57,870 nucleotides of DNA from the NCBI GenBank assembly GCA_050699055.1, contig JBOHCT010000001.1, positions 1 to 57,870 on the forward strand, in the 5' to 3' direction. The notes under the pieces are model-generated. The model did no database searches. It was not told the DNA's origin and saw only the letters and a list, made by a program, of their open reading frames with translations. Shown here one piece after another: positions 54,153 to 57,870 of this stretch (its first letter is position 1; the number at the start of each line of letters is the position of its first letter). The position numbers and the translations under genes were made by a program. The stretch comes from Streptosporangiaceae bacterium (GTDB lineage: Bacteria > Actinomycetota > Actinomycetes > Streptosporangiales > JBOHCT01).

Positions 54153-54571
54153 GGGTGAGTCCTATGCCCGGTTTGTTCTGGTCTGGACCGAGTGCCTTTC
54201 TGTCTCGCGGAGCGCGCGCGATCCTGCACTCAGGAGGCCGGCTGGCGGGGGGCAGGACTGCGCTCCCCGCCTTACGCTAGTCGCGGATCGCGCGGATAGG
54301 CGCCGGCCAAGGGAGCCGGTCAGCTGAGGAGCCGGCGATCCCGGCAGTTCCGTCTTCACGAACTGTCACAATGGCTTCGTCCCGCCGATCCCCGGCCGGC
54401 GACTTGGGGCCCGCGAGTAGGCCCTCGAGTAGGGCCCGCGTGTTGGAGCCGAAGCCGCCACGGTGGCACAACGACGACCATCCGGGGACTAACCATAGAA
54501 GTGGGTGAATCGTTTCGGGCTGGTTACGTCCGGTTACACACCGTATCCGGCGACTTGAGGCGCGCGGCTAA

Positions 54572-54601
54572 TTGGCAATGGGCGTGAAAGGGGTATATGT
54601 T
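54572..54601 (+). promoter_or_regulatory. Candidate lsr2 promoter TTGGCA-N18-TATGTT
   Basis: Read directly in the relatively AT-rich segment about 45 nt upstream of ATG 54646. Confidence 0.3.
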
Positions 54602-54645
54602 TGTTCTCCAACTAAGGGTGTCTCTCGGCGTTCGAAAGGATTCCC

Positions 54646-54999
54646 ATGGCGCAGAAGGTTAAGGTCCTGCTGCTCTGCGACCTTCACCAGGACGAGACCG
54701 AAGGTCACGAGACGATTCAGTTCTCCATCGATGGCACCTCCTACGAAGTCGATCTGTGTTCTGACCACGCGCAGGAGATGCGCGATGCGCTTACGCCTTT
54801 CGTCGACCACGCCCGCAAGGCCGCCACCCGTGGCGCTGGCACCCGTGGCGGCGGCACCCGTGGTCGGCGTACCCGCGGCGGTTCCAGCCGTGAGCGCAGC
54901 GCGGAGATCCGCTCTTGGGCCAAGGCGAACGGCATCGACGTCAACGAGCGCGGTCGGATCCCCGGGTGGATCGTGGAGAAGTACGAAGCCGCGCACTGA
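54646..54999 (+). CDS. lsr2: Nucleoid-associated protein Lsr2
   Basis: MAQKVKVLLLCDL...DGTSYEVDLCSDHAQEMRDAL, RG-rich linker, C-terminal AEIRSWAKANGIDVNERGRIPGWIVEKYEAAH. Confidence 0.95.
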   Translation: MAQKVKVLLLCDLHQDETEGHETIQFSIDGTSYEVDLCSDHAQEMRDALTPFVDHARKAATRGAGTRGGGTRGRRTRGGSSRERSAEIRSWAKANGIDVNERGRIPGWIVEKYEAAH

Positions 55000-55016
55000 C
55001 GAATGGGGTCTCTCCC

Positions 55017-55053
55017 TGCGGCCCGCGGTCCACGGTGCTGACAGCGGGCCGCA
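55017..55053 (+). terminator. 10-bp GC-rich hairpin downstream of lsr2
   Basis: tgcggcccgc-(17 nt)-gcgggccgca read directly. 18 nt after the stop. Confidence 0.4.
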
Positions 55054-55140
55054 TGTGTCGCGTGAGCGAACCCGCGCGTCCAGGTGCCGCCCGCGGGCGG
55101 CCGACGGTCACCGGCCCGGCACCGGGTGCGGCGACGAGTC

Positions 55141-55154
55141 GTTCGCTCGCGGCG
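55141..55154 (+). promoter_or_regulatory. ClgR-box-like sequence GTTCGC-N5-GCG upstream of clpC1
   Basis: gttcgctcgcggcg read directly. It matches the Streptomyces/Corynebacterium ClgR operator pattern as I recall it. 187 nt upstream of the ATG. Confidence 0.35.
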
Positions 55155-55340
55155 TAGAGGGAACACCTACCCCCGTAGAGATAGTTGGATGGAGGTGTAT
55201 GGCCATCGGTCGAGGGAGGTGTCCACAGTGTCCACAGCGCGGACACGCTGCGAGACGCCTGCCAGGTGCGGGGCTAGCATGCGGAGAGACAGGACCGGAC
55301 GCCCCGGGCCTTGCCCGACCGCTCTGTGAGGAGCGACGAG

Positions 55341-57845
<2,505 letters not shown>

Positions 57846-57870
57846 GTGGCGGCCCCGCCCCCATACGAAA

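Overview
High-GC (roughly 70%) actinobacterial chromosomal window. It is densely coding, with no rRNA, tRNA, CRISPR array, transposase or integrase that I can support.

Block 1 (0-21.9 kb) is a nitrogen-compound catabolic island:
- livG/livF ATPases.
- An 8-gene operon at 1.7-9.9 kb: MFS transporter, isochorismatase-like amidase, polysaccharide-deacetylase-fold hydrolase, D-aminoacylase-family amidohydrolase, SDR, M20 carbamoylase-type amidase and D-hydantoinase/dihydropyrimidinase.
- A DUF574 methyltransferase, asparaginase, FCD-GntR regulator, acyl-CoA dehydrogenase and a beta-ureidopropionase-type C-N hydrolase.
- A YtrA-GntR/ABC module.
- An eroded purine-catabolism cluster. IclR, uraD and uraH look intact. 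Uricase is reduced to about 36 codons fused in frame to the C-terminal ~78 codons of a xanthine-dehydrogenase Mo subunit. Allantoicase is truncated and abuts a truncated convergent gene.
- bioA closes the block.

Block 2 (22.5-45.9 kb and 54.6-57.9 kb) is the conserved actinobacterial housekeeping backbone: ppa, dacB, DUF2342 protease, tilS, hpt, ftsH, folE, folP, NTF2-like, folB, folK, DUF3180, then DUF2520, panC, coaX, PCD, lysS, then lsr2, clpC1. As I recall, this is the gene order of M. tuberculosis Rv3628 to Rv3596c.

Block 3 is two accessory insertions into that backbone:
- 35.0-41.4 kb: HisKA_3 kinase, NarL-type regulator, PEBP protein, and a MacB-like ABC pair with a frameshifted permease.
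- 46.0-54.2 kb: orphan LacI regulator, a 490-bp structured non-coding region, a LuxR-solo, an orphan Imm1 immunity protein, an NlpC/P60 hydrolase behind a ydaO-type c-di-AMP riboswitch, a short-form argA, and a 1086-aa EndoQ-like PHP nuclease fused to a UvrD helicase.

Non-genic signals:
- A 64-nt hairpin repeat family (two full copies, one half copy inside the nuclease-helicase linker, one degenerate copy).
- A second dispersed ~50-nt intergenic repeat.
- Several palindromic operator candidates.

All functional calls come from reading the supplied translations for motifs. No database search was run.
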